Shown: positions 54,301 to 64,000, counted from the first letter of the stretch. The stretch: DNA of 64,000 bases from an uncultured Chloroflexia bacterium (GCA_963748625.1 CAVVJT010000007.1:352001-416000); one strand, 5' to 3'. Notes: generated by a model from the sequence alone, not told the origin. Program-made: numbers and translations.

Positions 54301-56422
54301 CAAGGCCAGGTATCGGCCGGGCGACTCGGCGACCGTGGACATCCGGGTCCGCGACCCGCAGGGGAACCCGGTCAGCGCATCCGTCTATGTGCGGGCCATC
54401 GACGAGAAGTTGTTCGCAATCGGCGCGGCCGGCATGGAAGACCCGCTGGCGCAGCTGTACGTGGACGACGGCTCGGGGGTGATCGGCATTGGCTGGACCC
54501 ACCACGACCCGCGGCCGGTGAGCGACGGCGGTGGCGGAGACACCACGGGCGGTGGCGGGGAGCGCTCGGACTTCCGGGACTGGCTCGTCAACACGATCGT
54601 CAGCACGGACGCACGGGGGCACGCGTCCGTCACGTTCCCGGTGTCCGACGATCTCACCTCCTGGCGGATCATCGGGGAGGCGGTCAGCGACGACCTGTCC
54701 CTGGGTTCCGGCATCGTGAGCATCCCGGTGTCGATCCCGTTCTTCGCCGAGGCCACCATCGCGCCCTCGTACCTGGTCACGGACCGGCCGATCGTGGCCG
54801 CACGTGGCTTCGGCGGTGGCATGGCGGCCGGGTCGACTGTCAGCTTCACCTTCTCGTCAGACACCCTCGGCCTGGCGGCGACCACCGTCACGGCCAAGGC
54901 ATTCCGCCCCGCGGAGATCCGCCTGCCGGCCCTGGCGCCCGGCACCCACACGCTCCGGATCGAGGCCGTGACGGGCACCGGCAGCAGCGCCCAGCGCGAC
55001 GTGCTCGTCCGGACGTTCGAGGTGGTGGGGCCACGTGCCGTCCAGGCCCGGACCACGTCGTCCGAGCTCACGGCCCGGACCCCGGTCACCGCGGGCGAGG
55101 GCTTCACCACGCTCATCCTCTCCGATGCCGGCCGCGGCCGGGTCATCCCCACCCTCCAGGAGCTCGCCGACGGCACCCCGACGCGCGGCGACAGCGCATT
55201 GGCCGCAGGCGTCGCCCGCCGTGTCCTCGCCGACACGTTCGGCATCGACGATGGCGGCACCGCACCGGACGTATCCGGCTTCATGCGCTCCGGCGGCTAC
55301 TCGGTGGTCCCGTGGGGCGGCGGTGAGCTCCAGCTCACGGCGCTCGCGACCATGACCGGCGACCCGCGCGTGCGGGGCGTCGCCTACTGGTTCGAGGAGG
55401 CTGAGACCGGCACCCGCGAGAGCGATCTCTACGCGCTCGCAGGGCGCGCGGCGGCCGGCGAGCCGGTGCTCGACGAGATCCGTGCCTTCCTGGACGCCAC
55501 CGACCTGACGGTGGCCGAGCAGGTGGCCCTGGGGCTCGCACTCGTCGCCGCCGGCGACGAGGCGGGCGCGCGCACCATCGAGCAGGGGCTGGTCCGTGAC
55601 CATGCCCAGCGGTACGGGCCGTGGGTCCGGATCACCGGTGGCGGCTCCGTGGGTGACAGCCTCATGACGTCGCGCGCGGCGATTGTGGCCGCATGGCTGG
55701 GCGATCCGCTTGCGGCCGGCATGGACGCGTTCGTGGCCGACAACCCGCCGAAGGACACGCTGCTCGACCTCGAGCGCGCGCTGGCTGCGGCAGCCTGGGC
55801 CGCCCGGATGCCGGCCTCGAAGGCATCGGCGACGCTCACCGTCGACGGAAGCGCCCGCACGCTCGACATCGTCGGCGGGCAGGCGGCGACGGTGGTGCTC
55901 ACGCCCGCCCAGGCCGCAGCGGCTGTGCTGGAGCCGGCCTCGGGGTCGGTCGTCGTGACCACCCGCACGGCGGTCCCGCTCGGGACGGACACCCTGGAAC
56001 CGGTGGACGGCCTCACGGTCCAGCGCACCATCTCGCCATCTGATGGGCTCGATGCCACCGACAGGGTGCGCGTGACGCTCCGGGTGACGGTTCCGTCACC
56101 CACCGCCGAGGGCTGCTGGATGGTCACCGAGACGGTGCCGTCCGGCCTGCGGCCAGTCGTATCCATCGGCGATGAGTACGACGAGGACGAGGGCGGGTCC
56201 GCCGAGGCCGAACCCTGGAGCGTCGCGGGCCAGCAGCTGCGCTGGTGCGTGACAAGGGACGAGGCGGGCGGGCAGCCGCCCACGATCACCTACCTCGCGC
56301 GCGTCCTCACCGCGGGGACGTACACGTGGGAGCCGGCGGTGGTGCAGTCGGCGCTGGCGCCGGACCACGGGACGATCCTGCCGGCGACGACAGTCACGAT
56401 CCGGGGCCTCACAGGCGACTGA
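51398..56422 (+). CDS. Alpha-2-macroglobulin-like surface (lipo)protein, no thioester motif (copy 1)
   Basis: GGGAG RBS; signal peptide with Cys; two Ig-like domains; LDRSRYRTTDTV, ADKARYRPGD, AIDEKLF, RSDFRD...DDLTSWRI, YLARVLTAGTY macroglobulin motifs. Confidence 0.85.
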   Translation: MIGTPTPRPSTSLDRRPWLTRLGALAAAVVLVATCASPSPTPSQSVTSDGRTPGTAAAPGTTAAPGATPEPEWEAVTPTLADAVATLEPTRTVPAGIPLNSAFRLASLTGEDAVALAAGLSAEPAVELQVARADDGAAIVTPVLPLRASTLYRFTLTGEDGTVRGSWPVQTIRDLRIAHTIPAEESDFVPVTTGIEITFNVDGVRLADAEPYITFDPPISGHFEQSGRSIAYVPDEPLTPASRYHLRVGRGLPLAGTDRVLEDEFDLWFSTTGFTEPELRVWFQRTLVEAGTADTAVFPVSVNRRYDENDEPIGKVPARLDITVHRLPGMTEAIAGWRSVGAYWWDMSSVLGAIETAGLPLVVDASVRLRDFGPTQQDDDSRWFRLPAALPAGWYVATVALPGSTSQAVLQVTDVAVYALTTTTRSVVWANDLATGDPLDGATVHLGDRALGATDARGLLETRIGTATDETPLQELPVLIVRDGDRAAFTVAGDPECGKCGGGEGNPWWRLLQLDRSRYRTTDTVAGWGVVRARNDGSVPTTVTVSLTAWDDASGADIAISKTTITPDARGAFLVQLPLDDVPPGDYTAEVEVGGDTIASASFSVGEILKPAWSVEVAPARHAVLAGAKVGVDVHAAFFEGTPVAGTTLKVGQRRPLVRVTTDLEGNASASVTISPRRSESEGMPWWITSVGATPLDAEEAQISGAAEIAVFRAKVLPVVEAVATASRLKVTGRVHDVAFGRFENPPAGGLWAVDPYGAPRKGARVDVRVRQHFYTSTRIGSTYDFISKQTIPLYQTRERIVDLGTRTLRTNAQGRFGLRLPVSGPSNGYEVIVTAYDAKGRTAKVETWGDAPATVDVPEIGASLEGPGTWDFPVELSIGERARVDFTGGAGTTRDSRYLWTIAQSGLRDVVLTTRPNISLSFKKAWVPAAHVNAVRFTGDGYEVPNNNVALLFDTGDRQLSVAMSADKARYRPGDSATVDIRVRDPQGNPVSASVYVRAIDEKLFAIGAAGMEDPLAQLYVDDGSGVIGIGWTHHDPRPVSDGGGGDTTGGGGERSDFRDWLVNTIVSTDARGHASVTFPVSDDLTSWRIIGEAVSDDLSLGSGIVSIPVSIPFFAEATIAPSYLVTDRPIVAARGFGGGMAAGSTVSFTFSSDTLGLAATTVTAKAFRPAEIRLPALAPGTHTLRIEAVTGTGSSAQRDVLVRTFEVVGPRAVQARTTSSELTARTPVTAGEGFTTLILSDAGRGRVIPTLQELADGTPTRGDSALAAGVARRVLADTFGIDDGGTAPDVSGFMRSGGYSVVPWGGGELQLTALATMTGDPRVRGVAYWFEEAETGTRESDLYALAGRAAAGEPVLDEIRAFLDATDLTVAEQVALGLALVAAGDEAGARTIEQGLVRDHAQRYGPWVRITGGGSVGDSLMTSRAAIVAAWLGDPLAAGMDAFVADNPPKDTLLDLERALAAAAWAARMPASKASATLTVDGSARTLDIVGGQAATVVLTPAQAAAAVLEPASGSVVVTTRTAVPLGTDTLEPVDGLTVQRTISPSDGLDATDRVRVTLRVTVPSPTAEGCWMVTETVPSGLRPVVSIGDEYDEDEGGSAEAEPWSVAGQQLRWCVTRDEAGGQPPTITYLARVLTAGTYTWEPAVVQSALAPDHGTILPATTVTIRGLTGD

Positions 56423-56531
56423 GTTGGCAGGCCTGGCGCCGGGCCGGCGGGTCCGGCGCCAGGTCGATCTCAGGCCGACACCAGGCAGCAGCAGGCGACG
56501 TCCGTCAGCACCGAGCGGCGCATGCTGTGCA

Positions 56532-56573
56532 TGTCACGTCCCGGGGCAACGACGCGTCACACAGCACGGTTGC
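56532..56573 (+). promoter_or_regulatory. ECF-sigma-type promoter motif (copy 2)
   Basis: TGTCACG-N16-CGTCACA-N5-CGGTTGC with unrelated spacer sequence. Confidence 0.7.
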
Positions 56574-56624
56574 GATCGCGGAGCCGGCCCATACCTGACC
56601 CGCGACGACCTCGGGAGCAATGAG

Positions 56625-59600
56625 ATGACCAGGACTCCGATGCGTCCTCTGTCCACTCCCCCGCGGACTGCCCGCCCGTCCGGCATTGTCGCCGTGCTCA
56701 CGGTGGTGGCGGTCCTGCTCGGCGCCTGCGCGACGCCCGTCCCCACACCTGGCACGACGACACCACCCGCATCCCCAGGCGCCGCCCAGTCGACACTACC
56801 GCCGGCAGCAGACGCATCGCCCGGCATCACCCCGCTGCCGACCGAGCCGCCCGCCACGGGTTGGAAGCGGCTCGACATCGCGGTCCCCCAGCCGTCCGCT
56901 CGCCTTGTGGCCACGAGGGCCGGCGCCGCGAGCGTCCACCCGGCCACTGCGTTCCACCTCACGAGCGTCGGCGGTGAGGCGATCAGCGGGCTCGCCGCCC
57001 GTCTCCGCACCGAGCCACGCCTCGATCTGCAGGTCGACCGGGTGGATGGCCCGACGGCGGTGCTCCGGCCCGCGGCGCCGCTGCGCCAGGGCACCGTGTA
57101 CCGCTTCGAGCTGGAGCGCCCAGACGGCTCCGTCGAGGCCGCGTGGGCGGTGCAGGCCGGCTGGCCGCTCCACGTCGACACGATGCTGCCCGGGGACGGC
57201 GCGCAGGACGTGCCGACGACCACCGGGATCGAGATCACCTTCGACCAGCCTGGCGTCAGCACGGCCGCGCTCGCGGACCACGTGAAGATCACGCCGGTCA
57301 CGCGGGGCAACTGGGTGGTGCGTGGCCACACGCACGTGTTCATCCCCCGATCGCCCCTGAAGCGAAGCACGCTGTACACCGTGACCGTGCGCGCCGGGGT
57401 CCGCCAGACCGGGACGGGCATGCAGCTGGAGGAGCGGCTGGTCACGAGGTTCGAGACGAGCGGGACGAAGGCCCCGAACGTCCACATCACCTTCGGGCGT
57501 GCGCTGTACGACGCGGACCCCGCCGACCGGCCCGCTCTCGGGCTGCGGATGTGGTCCGAGGACGAGGAGGGCGACACCAAGAACGTCCGCCGGCTCGCCG
57601 TGAAGGTCCACCGGCTGGCGGGCCTCCAGGATGCGCTGACCGCGTGGCGGCTCGTGCGCGGGGCCCCCGACTGGACGTGGTCCGGGACCACCCCGGTGAA
57701 GACGGCGTCGCTGCCGCTCGTCATCGAAGCCAGGGTGCCGCTCGTCCGTGACGGGCACAGCGAGGAGGCCTACTTCCGGCTGCCTCGACGCCTCGGGGCC
57801 GGCTGGTACGTCGTGGCCATCACCCACGCCGGCGTGAGCCGCCAGGCGATCCTCCAGGTCACGCCGGTCGCCACCTACGCCATGGCGACCACCTCGAGGA
57901 CCGTGGCCTGGGTCAACAACCTCGCCAGCAACACCCCGGTCGCGGGGGCGCGCGTGGCGGTCGATGGCCAGCTCGTGGGCACCACGGATGGTGACGGACT
58001 GGTCGTCGCACGCACACCGGCGGACATCATCGAGAGCGAGGCTCGCGCGACCCGGGACGAGGAGGAGGCCGAGACGCACGTCGCGGTCGTGCGAGCGCCC
58101 GCCGGGACAATGTTCGTGCCGCTCGACGATGACAGCTGGTGCTGGTCGTGCGGCATGTCGGGCGCGTCCTCGTGGACCCTGTTCACGCTTGACCGGGAGC
58201 AGTACCGCCAGACCGACACGATCAACGCCTGGGGCGTGGTGCGTGACCGGACGGATGGCTCGGTTCCCGACAAGGTCCGCCTGACGCTCGAGGTGTCCGA
58301 CGAGCTGGCCGGCCAGGGCGCCGTCCCACCGGTAGCGACTGCGACCGTCACCCCCGACTCGACGGGCAGCTTCCTTGCCCGGATCCGCTACGCCGATCTG
58401 CCGCCCGGCAACTACCGGGTGCATGCCACGGCCGCCGGCGCAACCATCGCCGACTACTGGGTGCGTATCGGCCCGATCGCCAAGCCGTCCTGGAAGCTCG
58501 ATCTCACCGTGGACCGGCACGCCGTGATCGACGGGGAGCAGGCAACCGTCACGGCCTCGGCCGCCTTCTACGAGGGCACGCCCGTCGCAGGTGCGTCGCT
58601 GCGGTTCAGCACGGGCTCCTGGGACGAGGAGGGGACATCCAGGCCGACGACGTCCGCCACCGGCGCCGACGGCGTCGCCGGGATGACGCTGGCCTTCCGG
58701 ATTGGCAGCGAGGAGGGCCAGTACGGCCCGACCACGGCGTACGTCCGCGGCGAAGAGCCCGAGGAGGCCGAGATCGCCGCCGAGCAGCCCGTGATGGTCT
58801 TCCGGTCCTCCGCACTGCTCGACGCGGAGCTCGACCTGCGCGGCACCCGCCTCGTGGCGACGGGCGCCGTCCACGCAGCCGACCTTGCCCGCTACGAGCA
58901 GCCGGGGATCGACCTGTACGAGGTGGACCCCCGGGGCGCCCCGATGGCGGAACGCCGCGTCACCCTCGCGATCACCGAGGTCACACCCGTACGCCACAAG
59001 GTCGGGACCCGCTACGACTTCATCGCCAAGCGCGTGATCACCATCTGGAACGTGTCGCAACGGCGCAAGCAGCTCGGCCGGTTCAATGTCGTCACCGAGG
59101 CCGACGGGACCTTCCGGCTGGTCGTCCCGGTCAAGGCCGGGGAGCACAGCTATGAGCTGGTCGCCACCCACGCTGACGACGCCGGACGCCGGATCCACGC
59201 AGACGCCGAGGCGTACGACGACCACGACTGGTACGCCCAAGGCGGCCAGGTGGTGTCCACGGGAACAACCAACGACGAGGGGGCCGGGGAGTACGGGATC
59301 GGGGAGCGCGTGAGCGTCCGCTTCGTCAACGGGACCCGGAACCCCGAGACCGAGCGGTACCTGTTCCTCGTCCTTGCCCGCGGGCTGCGCAGCTCTGCCA
59401 TCCAGGCCGGACCCTCCTTCAGCACCCGGTTCGGCAGGTCGCTGCTCCCCGACGCCCACGTCGGCGCTGTGCGCTTCACCGGCACGGGCTACGAGGTGGC
59501 CGTCCCGGGCTTCACGGCGGCGTTCCGGGCGACGGATCGCCAGCTCACGGTCCAGCTGACGGCTGATCGCGCACGCTACGAGCCAGGCGGCAAGGTCACC

Positions 59601-61727
59601 GTCGGGGTCCGCACGCTCGACGGCAACGGACGTCCGGTCGCGGCATCGGTCTTCCTGCGGGCCGTCGATGAGAAGCTGTTCACGATCGGGGCGGCGCGGC
59701 AGGACACGCCGCTCGAGTCGCTCTACGAAGGCACCACTCCCGGCATGCTCGGCAGCGGCGCCTCGCACAGCGCGCCGGGCAGCGGATGGGGAGACGGCAA
59801 GGACACGACGGGAGGCGGGTCTGGCGACACCGGCCGGTCCGACTTCCGCGACTGGCTGCTCGCAAGCCTCGTCCGCACCGGCGCCGACGGCCGCGGCTCC
59901 GTCTCGTTCGACCTCTCGGACGACCTGACCTCGTGGCGCGTTCTCGCTTCCGCGGTCTCCGCCGACCTCGAGGCGGGCGCCGGCAGCGTATCCGTCCCGG
60001 TGGGCCTGCCGCTGTTCGTCGAGGTCGTCCTCGCCCCCGAGTACCTGGCCGTTGACCGGCCGGTGCTGCGGCTGCGTGCCCACGGCACGTCCCTGTCCGC
60101 GGGCGACCCGGTCACCTTCGAGGTGTCGTCGCCCACGCTGCCGCTCGCGCCCGTCTCGGTGCCGGGCCTGGCGTTCGAAGCGGCGTCGCTGGCCCTGCCG
60201 GCCCTGTCCGAGGGCACCCACAGCATCCGCGTCGCCGTCAGCGCCGGCACAGGCGCCGCCCGGCGGATCGATGCCCTGGTGCGCACCTTCCGGGTCGTCG
60301 ACACGCGCACCACGCTGATGCACACCGCCTCCGGGACCGTCGAGCCTGGCACGACGGTTGGCGGGGCGGACGGCACGACCGTGGTCACGCTGGCCGACGG
60401 CGGGAGAGGACGCGTCGTGCCGGTGCTCGACGGGCTCGCAGCCGCGGACCCGTTCCGCGCCGACACGGCGATCGCCGCCGCGATCGCCCGCGACGTGCTC
60501 GCGTCGGCATTCGCCCTGCCGGACGACCCAGCGCTCGGCGAGATCGACCTGCTCCGCTTCCAGGACGGGAGCGGCGTGTCGGTGATCCCGTACGCGTCCG
60601 CCGGCCTTGAGCTCAGCGCGATGGCTGCGTTCTCGGGAGACGAGCATCTCAACCGGTCCCAGCTGGCCGGCTACCTGGGCGCCTACGAGAGCGAGCGGGA
60701 CGGCCAACTGCCGCCGACCAGCCGCCTGTACCTGCTGCTCGGACAGGCGTCGATCGGACAGGCGTCCATCGGCGACGTGATGCTGGCCGCGACCGACGAG
60801 TCCCTCACGCCGTCCCAGGTCGTCACGGTTGGCCTCGCCGCCCTCGCGGTGGGCGACGATGCCCTCGCGCGGACCCTCTACACCCGCCTCCTTGGACGCT
60901 GGGGCGAGCGGCAGGGCCCGTGGGTCCGCGTCAACGCCGGCAACGCGGAGACCACGGCAGTCACGACCGCCCGGGCGGCGATCCTGGCAGCGGCGCTGGG
61001 TGATCCGCTTGCGGTGTCGCTCGATGCCGAAGTGGCCGTGCGTCCCCCGCGCACGACGACCGTCGCGCTCGAGCAGGCGATCGCGGCGCGCTACTGGGCC
61101 GCTCGCCAGCCAGCGGTGAACGCCACGGTCGCAGTGACGGTCGACGGCGAGCGCCGCGAGGTCACCCTGGCCGGCGGCCTGCCGGTGCGACTGGAGCTGA
61201 CGCCGGCGCAGCGTGCGACCTTCCGCCTCGACCCGGTCTCGGGCGCGGTGCTCTGGTCGGCTCGCTGGGACGGCCCGCTCGCTGCAGACGACCTGCGAGC
61301 TCCTGCCGGCCTGTCCGTGACGCGCACGGTCACCCCGGCGGGCACCATTCCGGCGGTCTCCACGGTCATCGTCACACTCGACGTGACCGTTCCAAACATC
61401 AAGGGTGCCGACTGCTGGCGTCTCGTGGAGCTCGTGCCGTCCGGCCTGGCGCCCGTGGACTCCGCCGGACGGTGGGAGGAAGCGGAGGACGAGGGGCAGG
61501 GACCGGGCCCGGGCGTCGTACAGCCCTCGCAGGTCACCGGGCAACGCGTGGAGTTCTGCACGGCCTACGACCCGCAGCGGCCGGTCCACCACCTGCGCTA
61601 CCTGGCACGGGTCGTGACCCCCGGCGACTACCGCTGGGAGGAGGCGTCCATCCAGGCGGTGATCATCCCCGACGCCGGCCTGGTGCTGCCCGCCTTCGAC
61701 GTCTCCATCGCGAACACGGGCTCGTAG
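56625..61727 (+). CDS. Alpha-2-macroglobulin-like lipoprotein, no thioester motif (copy 2)
   Basis: Lipobox LLGAC; collinear with copy 1 (LDREQYRQTDTI, ADRARYEPGG, AVDEKLF, RSDFRD...DDLTSWRV, YLARVVTPGDY). Confidence 0.85.
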   Translation: MTRTPMRPLSTPPRTARPSGIVAVLTVVAVLLGACATPVPTPGTTTPPASPGAAQSTLPPAADASPGITPLPTEPPATGWKRLDIAVPQPSARLVATRAGAASVHPATAFHLTSVGGEAISGLAARLRTEPRLDLQVDRVDGPTAVLRPAAPLRQGTVYRFELERPDGSVEAAWAVQAGWPLHVDTMLPGDGAQDVPTTTGIEITFDQPGVSTAALADHVKITPVTRGNWVVRGHTHVFIPRSPLKRSTLYTVTVRAGVRQTGTGMQLEERLVTRFETSGTKAPNVHITFGRALYDADPADRPALGLRMWSEDEEGDTKNVRRLAVKVHRLAGLQDALTAWRLVRGAPDWTWSGTTPVKTASLPLVIEARVPLVRDGHSEEAYFRLPRRLGAGWYVVAITHAGVSRQAILQVTPVATYAMATTSRTVAWVNNLASNTPVAGARVAVDGQLVGTTDGDGLVVARTPADIIESEARATRDEEEAETHVAVVRAPAGTMFVPLDDDSWCWSCGMSGASSWTLFTLDREQYRQTDTINAWGVVRDRTDGSVPDKVRLTLEVSDELAGQGAVPPVATATVTPDSTGSFLARIRYADLPPGNYRVHATAAGATIADYWVRIGPIAKPSWKLDLTVDRHAVIDGEQATVTASAAFYEGTPVAGASLRFSTGSWDEEGTSRPTTSATGADGVAGMTLAFRIGSEEGQYGPTTAYVRGEEPEEAEIAAEQPVMVFRSSALLDAELDLRGTRLVATGAVHAADLARYEQPGIDLYEVDPRGAPMAERRVTLAITEVTPVRHKVGTRYDFIAKRVITIWNVSQRRKQLGRFNVVTEADGTFRLVVPVKAGEHSYELVATHADDAGRRIHADAEAYDDHDWYAQGGQVVSTGTTNDEGAGEYGIGERVSVRFVNGTRNPETERYLFLVLARGLRSSAIQAGPSFSTRFGRSLLPDAHVGAVRFTGTGYEVAVPGFTAAFRATDRQLTVQLTADRARYEPGGKVTVGVRTLDGNGRPVAASVFLRAVDEKLFTIGAARQDTPLESLYEGTTPGMLGSGASHSAPGSGWGDGKDTTGGGSGDTGRSDFRDWLLASLVRTGADGRGSVSFDLSDDLTSWRVLASAVSADLEAGAGSVSVPVGLPLFVEVVLAPEYLAVDRPVLRLRAHGTSLSAGDPVTFEVSSPTLPLAPVSVPGLAFEAASLALPALSEGTHSIRVAVSAGTGAARRIDALVRTFRVVDTRTTLMHTASGTVEPGTTVGGADGTTVVTLADGGRGRVVPVLDGLAAADPFRADTAIAAAIARDVLASAFALPDDPALGEIDLLRFQDGSGVSVIPYASAGLELSAMAAFSGDEHLNRSQLAGYLGAYESERDGQLPPTSRLYLLLGQASIGQASIGDVMLAATDESLTPSQVVTVGLAALAVGDDALARTLYTRLLGRWGERQGPWVRVNAGNAETTAVTTARAAILAAALGDPLAVSLDAEVAVRPPRTTTVALEQAIAARYWAARQPAVNATVAVTVDGERREVTLAGGLPVRLELTPAQRATFRLDPVSGAVLWSARWDGPLAADDLRAPAGLSVTRTVTPAGTIPAVSTVIVTLDVTVPNIKGADCWRLVELVPSGLAPVDSAGRWEEAEDEGQGPGPGVVQPSQVTGQRVEFCTAYDPQRPVHHLRYLARVVTPGDYRWEEASIQAVIIPDAGLVLPAFDVSIANTGS

Positions 61728-61780
61728 GCGCGGCCGCCCGCTCGGGGAACGCCCCGGCTGGCGACAACGGGAGAGCGGCG

Positions 61781-62318
61781 TCAGCGCTCCAGCAGGCGCC
61801 GCTCCGTCGCGCGCATCGCGGCCTCCTCCTCGGGTTCGGCGTGGTCCCAGCCGCACACGTGGAGGACGCCGTGCGTCACGAGGAGGCGCAGCTCGTCCCG
61901 GGCGTCCCACCGGACGTCGCCGGTCTGGCCGCCGCGTCCGGCCTCGGCCTGGTCCACGGCCCGCTCGACGCTCACGATGATGTCGCCCAGGTGCGTGCGA
62001 ACGCCCGGGGGCATGGGGAAATCTGGCGCGCCGTCGGTGTCGTCGGCCTTGCCCGGGTGCGGCGGGTAGGACGACGGCGGCAGCATCGGGAACGAGAGCA
62101 CGTCCGTGGGGCCGGGCTTGCCCATGTGGGCCTCGTTGAGCTCCTCGAGCTCGGCGTCGTCGGCCAGGATCACGCCCAGCGAGGCGGGCGCGGGCGCGCC
62201 GGCCGGCGTCCAGCGCCGCGGCAGCGGTCCGGGCGAGCACGGTGTCGGGAAGGAGACGCGCGACCCCGTCACGACGCTCGATGTCGATCCGCCAAGGTCC
62301 GAGGTAGTGGCTGCGCAT
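61781..62318 (-). CDS. ybeY: rRNA maturation endoribonuclease YbeY, frameshift near 62200
   Basis: PTDVLSF, LGDIIVS, HGVLHVCGWDH; the N-terminus (MRSHYLGPWRIDI...) is in another frame. Confidence 0.85.
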
Positions 62319-62371
62319 CCGTGCACGGTACGCCGTTGGGCGGGTCGCGCGTGGCGTGCGCGGTGGCGACC

Positions 62372-63337
62372 TCAGCCCGGGACGATGTGCGTCCCCGTCT
62401 CACCCTTCACGGCGCGGGAGATGTTCTCGGGCGTCGTGATGATCGGCGCGCTTGCCGCCCGCCTCCAGGTACCAGACGGCGGCCTGGATCTTGGGCGCCA
62501 TGGAGCCCTTGGCGAAGTGCGCGCCTTCGGCGAGGTAGCGCTTGGCCTCCGACACCGTCATGCGGTCGATCCACTGCTGGTCGGGCTTGCCGAAGTTGAG
62601 CGCGACCTTGTCCACGCGCCGTCGAGATCAGGAACAGGTCGGCGTGGATCGTCTGGGCGAGCAGGCTGCTGGCGTAGTCCTTGTCGATCACGGCGGCGAT
62701 GCCGACGTACTCGCCTTCGCCCTTGTCGACGACCGGGATCCCGCCCCCTCCGACGCTGATGACGACCACCCCCGCGTTGATCAGCGCCCGGACGGTGTCG
62801 AGCTCGACGACCTCCTTGGGCATCGGCGAGGCGACCACGCGGCGCCAGCCGCGGCCGGCGTCCTCGACCACGGACCAGCCCATCGTCGCCTCGCGCCGCC
62901 TTGGCCTCCTCCTCGTCCATGAACCCGCCGATGGGCTTGCTGGGGCTGTCGAAGGCCGGGTCGTCGCGGTCCACGAGCACCTGCGTGATGACGGTCGCGA
63001 CGTTGACGTGGATGTCGCGCTTGAACAGCCAGTTCTGGAGGGTCTGCTGGAGCGCATAGCCGATCGCGCCCTGGCTGTCGGCGCCGCACACGTCGAGCGG
63101 CAACTCGTGCATCCCCTCGACCTTGTGGGCGATCTCCGAGCGACGGAGGATGAAGCCCACCTGGGGCCCGTTGCCGTGCCCGATCGCCACCCGCCACCCC
63201 GCCGCGATCATCTCGGCGACGTGCGCGGTGGTCTCCTTCGCGGCGAGGTACTGGTCCTCCACCGTCTGGTGGTCCTTGTCGCGGATCAGCGAGTTGCCGC
63301 CGATGGCGACGACGGCGATCCTGCGCGACCGACTCAT
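62372..63337 (-). CDS. arcC: Carbamate kinase with three apparent frameshifts (about 62893, 62620, 62447)
   Basis: VVAIGGNSL, HGNGPQVG, PSKPIG | GWRRVVASP, GGGGIPV, AVIDKD | GSMAPKI | GETGTHI spread over different frames. Confidence 0.88.
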
Positions 63338-63450
63338 GCGTGCTCTCCTCCGCGGTCACCGGTGCCCGGGCGGGCAGCGTGGACCCTGCCGGCCTTCATG
63401 ATGGCACCTCATGGTTGCATCCCGAGCCCGCTGCGAGGCGGTCAGGGCCG

Positions 63451-63480
63451 CGCAACATCGTGGTGACGGGGCACGTCTCA
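63451..63480 (+). promoter_or_regulatory. Variant ECF-type promoter CGCAACA-N16-CGTCTCA
   Basis: Same spacing and similar distance to the start codon as the motifs before copies 1 and 2. Confidence 0.5.
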
Positions 63481-63534
63481 CCGCCGGTCGACAGGCGCAG
63501 CTCCCTCGCGCCCCGGCCACCTGGAGACACTCCG

Positions 63535-64000
63535 ATGCGCGATGCCACCACGCGGCGTCCCGTGCGTCTCGCTCCCGTCCTCTGATCGCCACGGCACTTG
63601 TCGTTGGCTGCGGGAGCCCTGCGCCCAGCCCGACTACCACGCCAGCAGTCCCCGGCGAGCCCTCAAGCCCGGATCCGAACGGGCAGCCGTCGGCGGCACC
63701 GGGCGTCCCTCCTGCACCGTCCCCACCGCTCGATCAGCCTCGTCGGGGCGCCCGACGCGGACGGCTGGTCCGCCATCGCCGTCGCCGAGGCTCCGCCGGT
63801 CGCGACCCTGGAGCCGCTGAGCGCGGGGGCCGGGGCGGTCGCGCGCGGACACCGAGTTCCGGCTGCGGAGCCTGGACGGGCGGCGATCCGGCGCAGCTGG
63901 CGCGGGCGCTCGTCGCGGAGCCGCCAATCGACGTTCGACGTCGTGTCGGCGTCGGGCGACACCGCGATCATCCGACCGCAGGGCGGCCTCGTACCGGCGA
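63535..64000 (+). CDS. Third macroglobulin-like lipoprotein paralog, N-terminal fragment with frameshifts
   Basis: GGAG RBS; LVVGC lipobox; VATLEP, EFRLRSLDG, LARALVAEPP, TAIIRP match the first Ig domain of copies 1 and 2 (VATLEP, AFRLASLTG, LAAGLSAEP). Confidence 0.65.

Noticed and set aside
62372-63337. Programmed frameshifting or true pseudogene in arcC
   Set aside because: No slippery heptamers seen, and neighbouring genes share the same indel pattern, so sequence error is more likely.

Overview
High-GC bacterial chromosomal segment with about 45 genes and no rRNA, tRNA, CRISPR array or recognisable transposase/integrase. Gene content and protein styles suggest Chloroflexota, probably Limnocylindria-like; this is inference, not tested. 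Left to right: two tandem phytoene-dehydrogenase-like flavoproteins; a DinB-like protein; two PIN toxin-antitoxin pairs flanking a kinase/M23-like/class-III PLP fusion; a GcvT-like protein and an M20 peptidase; two lipoproteins; a cobalamin-riboswitch operon (alpha-toroid surface protein, DUF4430-like membrane-anchored protein, ECF T/A-A/S); a secreted metzincin-like operon; manC and a phosphohexomutase; potADBC; an orphan structured RNA candidate; a CxxCH protein on a Pro/Thr stalk; a SAM-cycle cluster (apt, mtnA-like, GNAT, ahcY, S9 peptidase, metK); MFS, LLM, ASCH-GNAT, MOSC, AAC(2')-like, DUF1801, mfd(+NUDIX), pth; two complete and one partial thioester-less alpha-2-macroglobulin-like lipoproteins with a shared ECF-sigma-type promoter; ybeY and arcC. 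Best candidates for undescribed biology: (1) a split transcobalamin-like B12 capture pair feeding an ECF transporter, (2) a ~225-aa C-terminal module shared by two unrelated secreted proteins, (3) the co-regulated macroglobulin array. Frameshifts cluster at about 19.4-21.6 kb and 62.2-64 kb and probably reflect assembly indel errors. All family calls come from motif recognition; no database searches were run.
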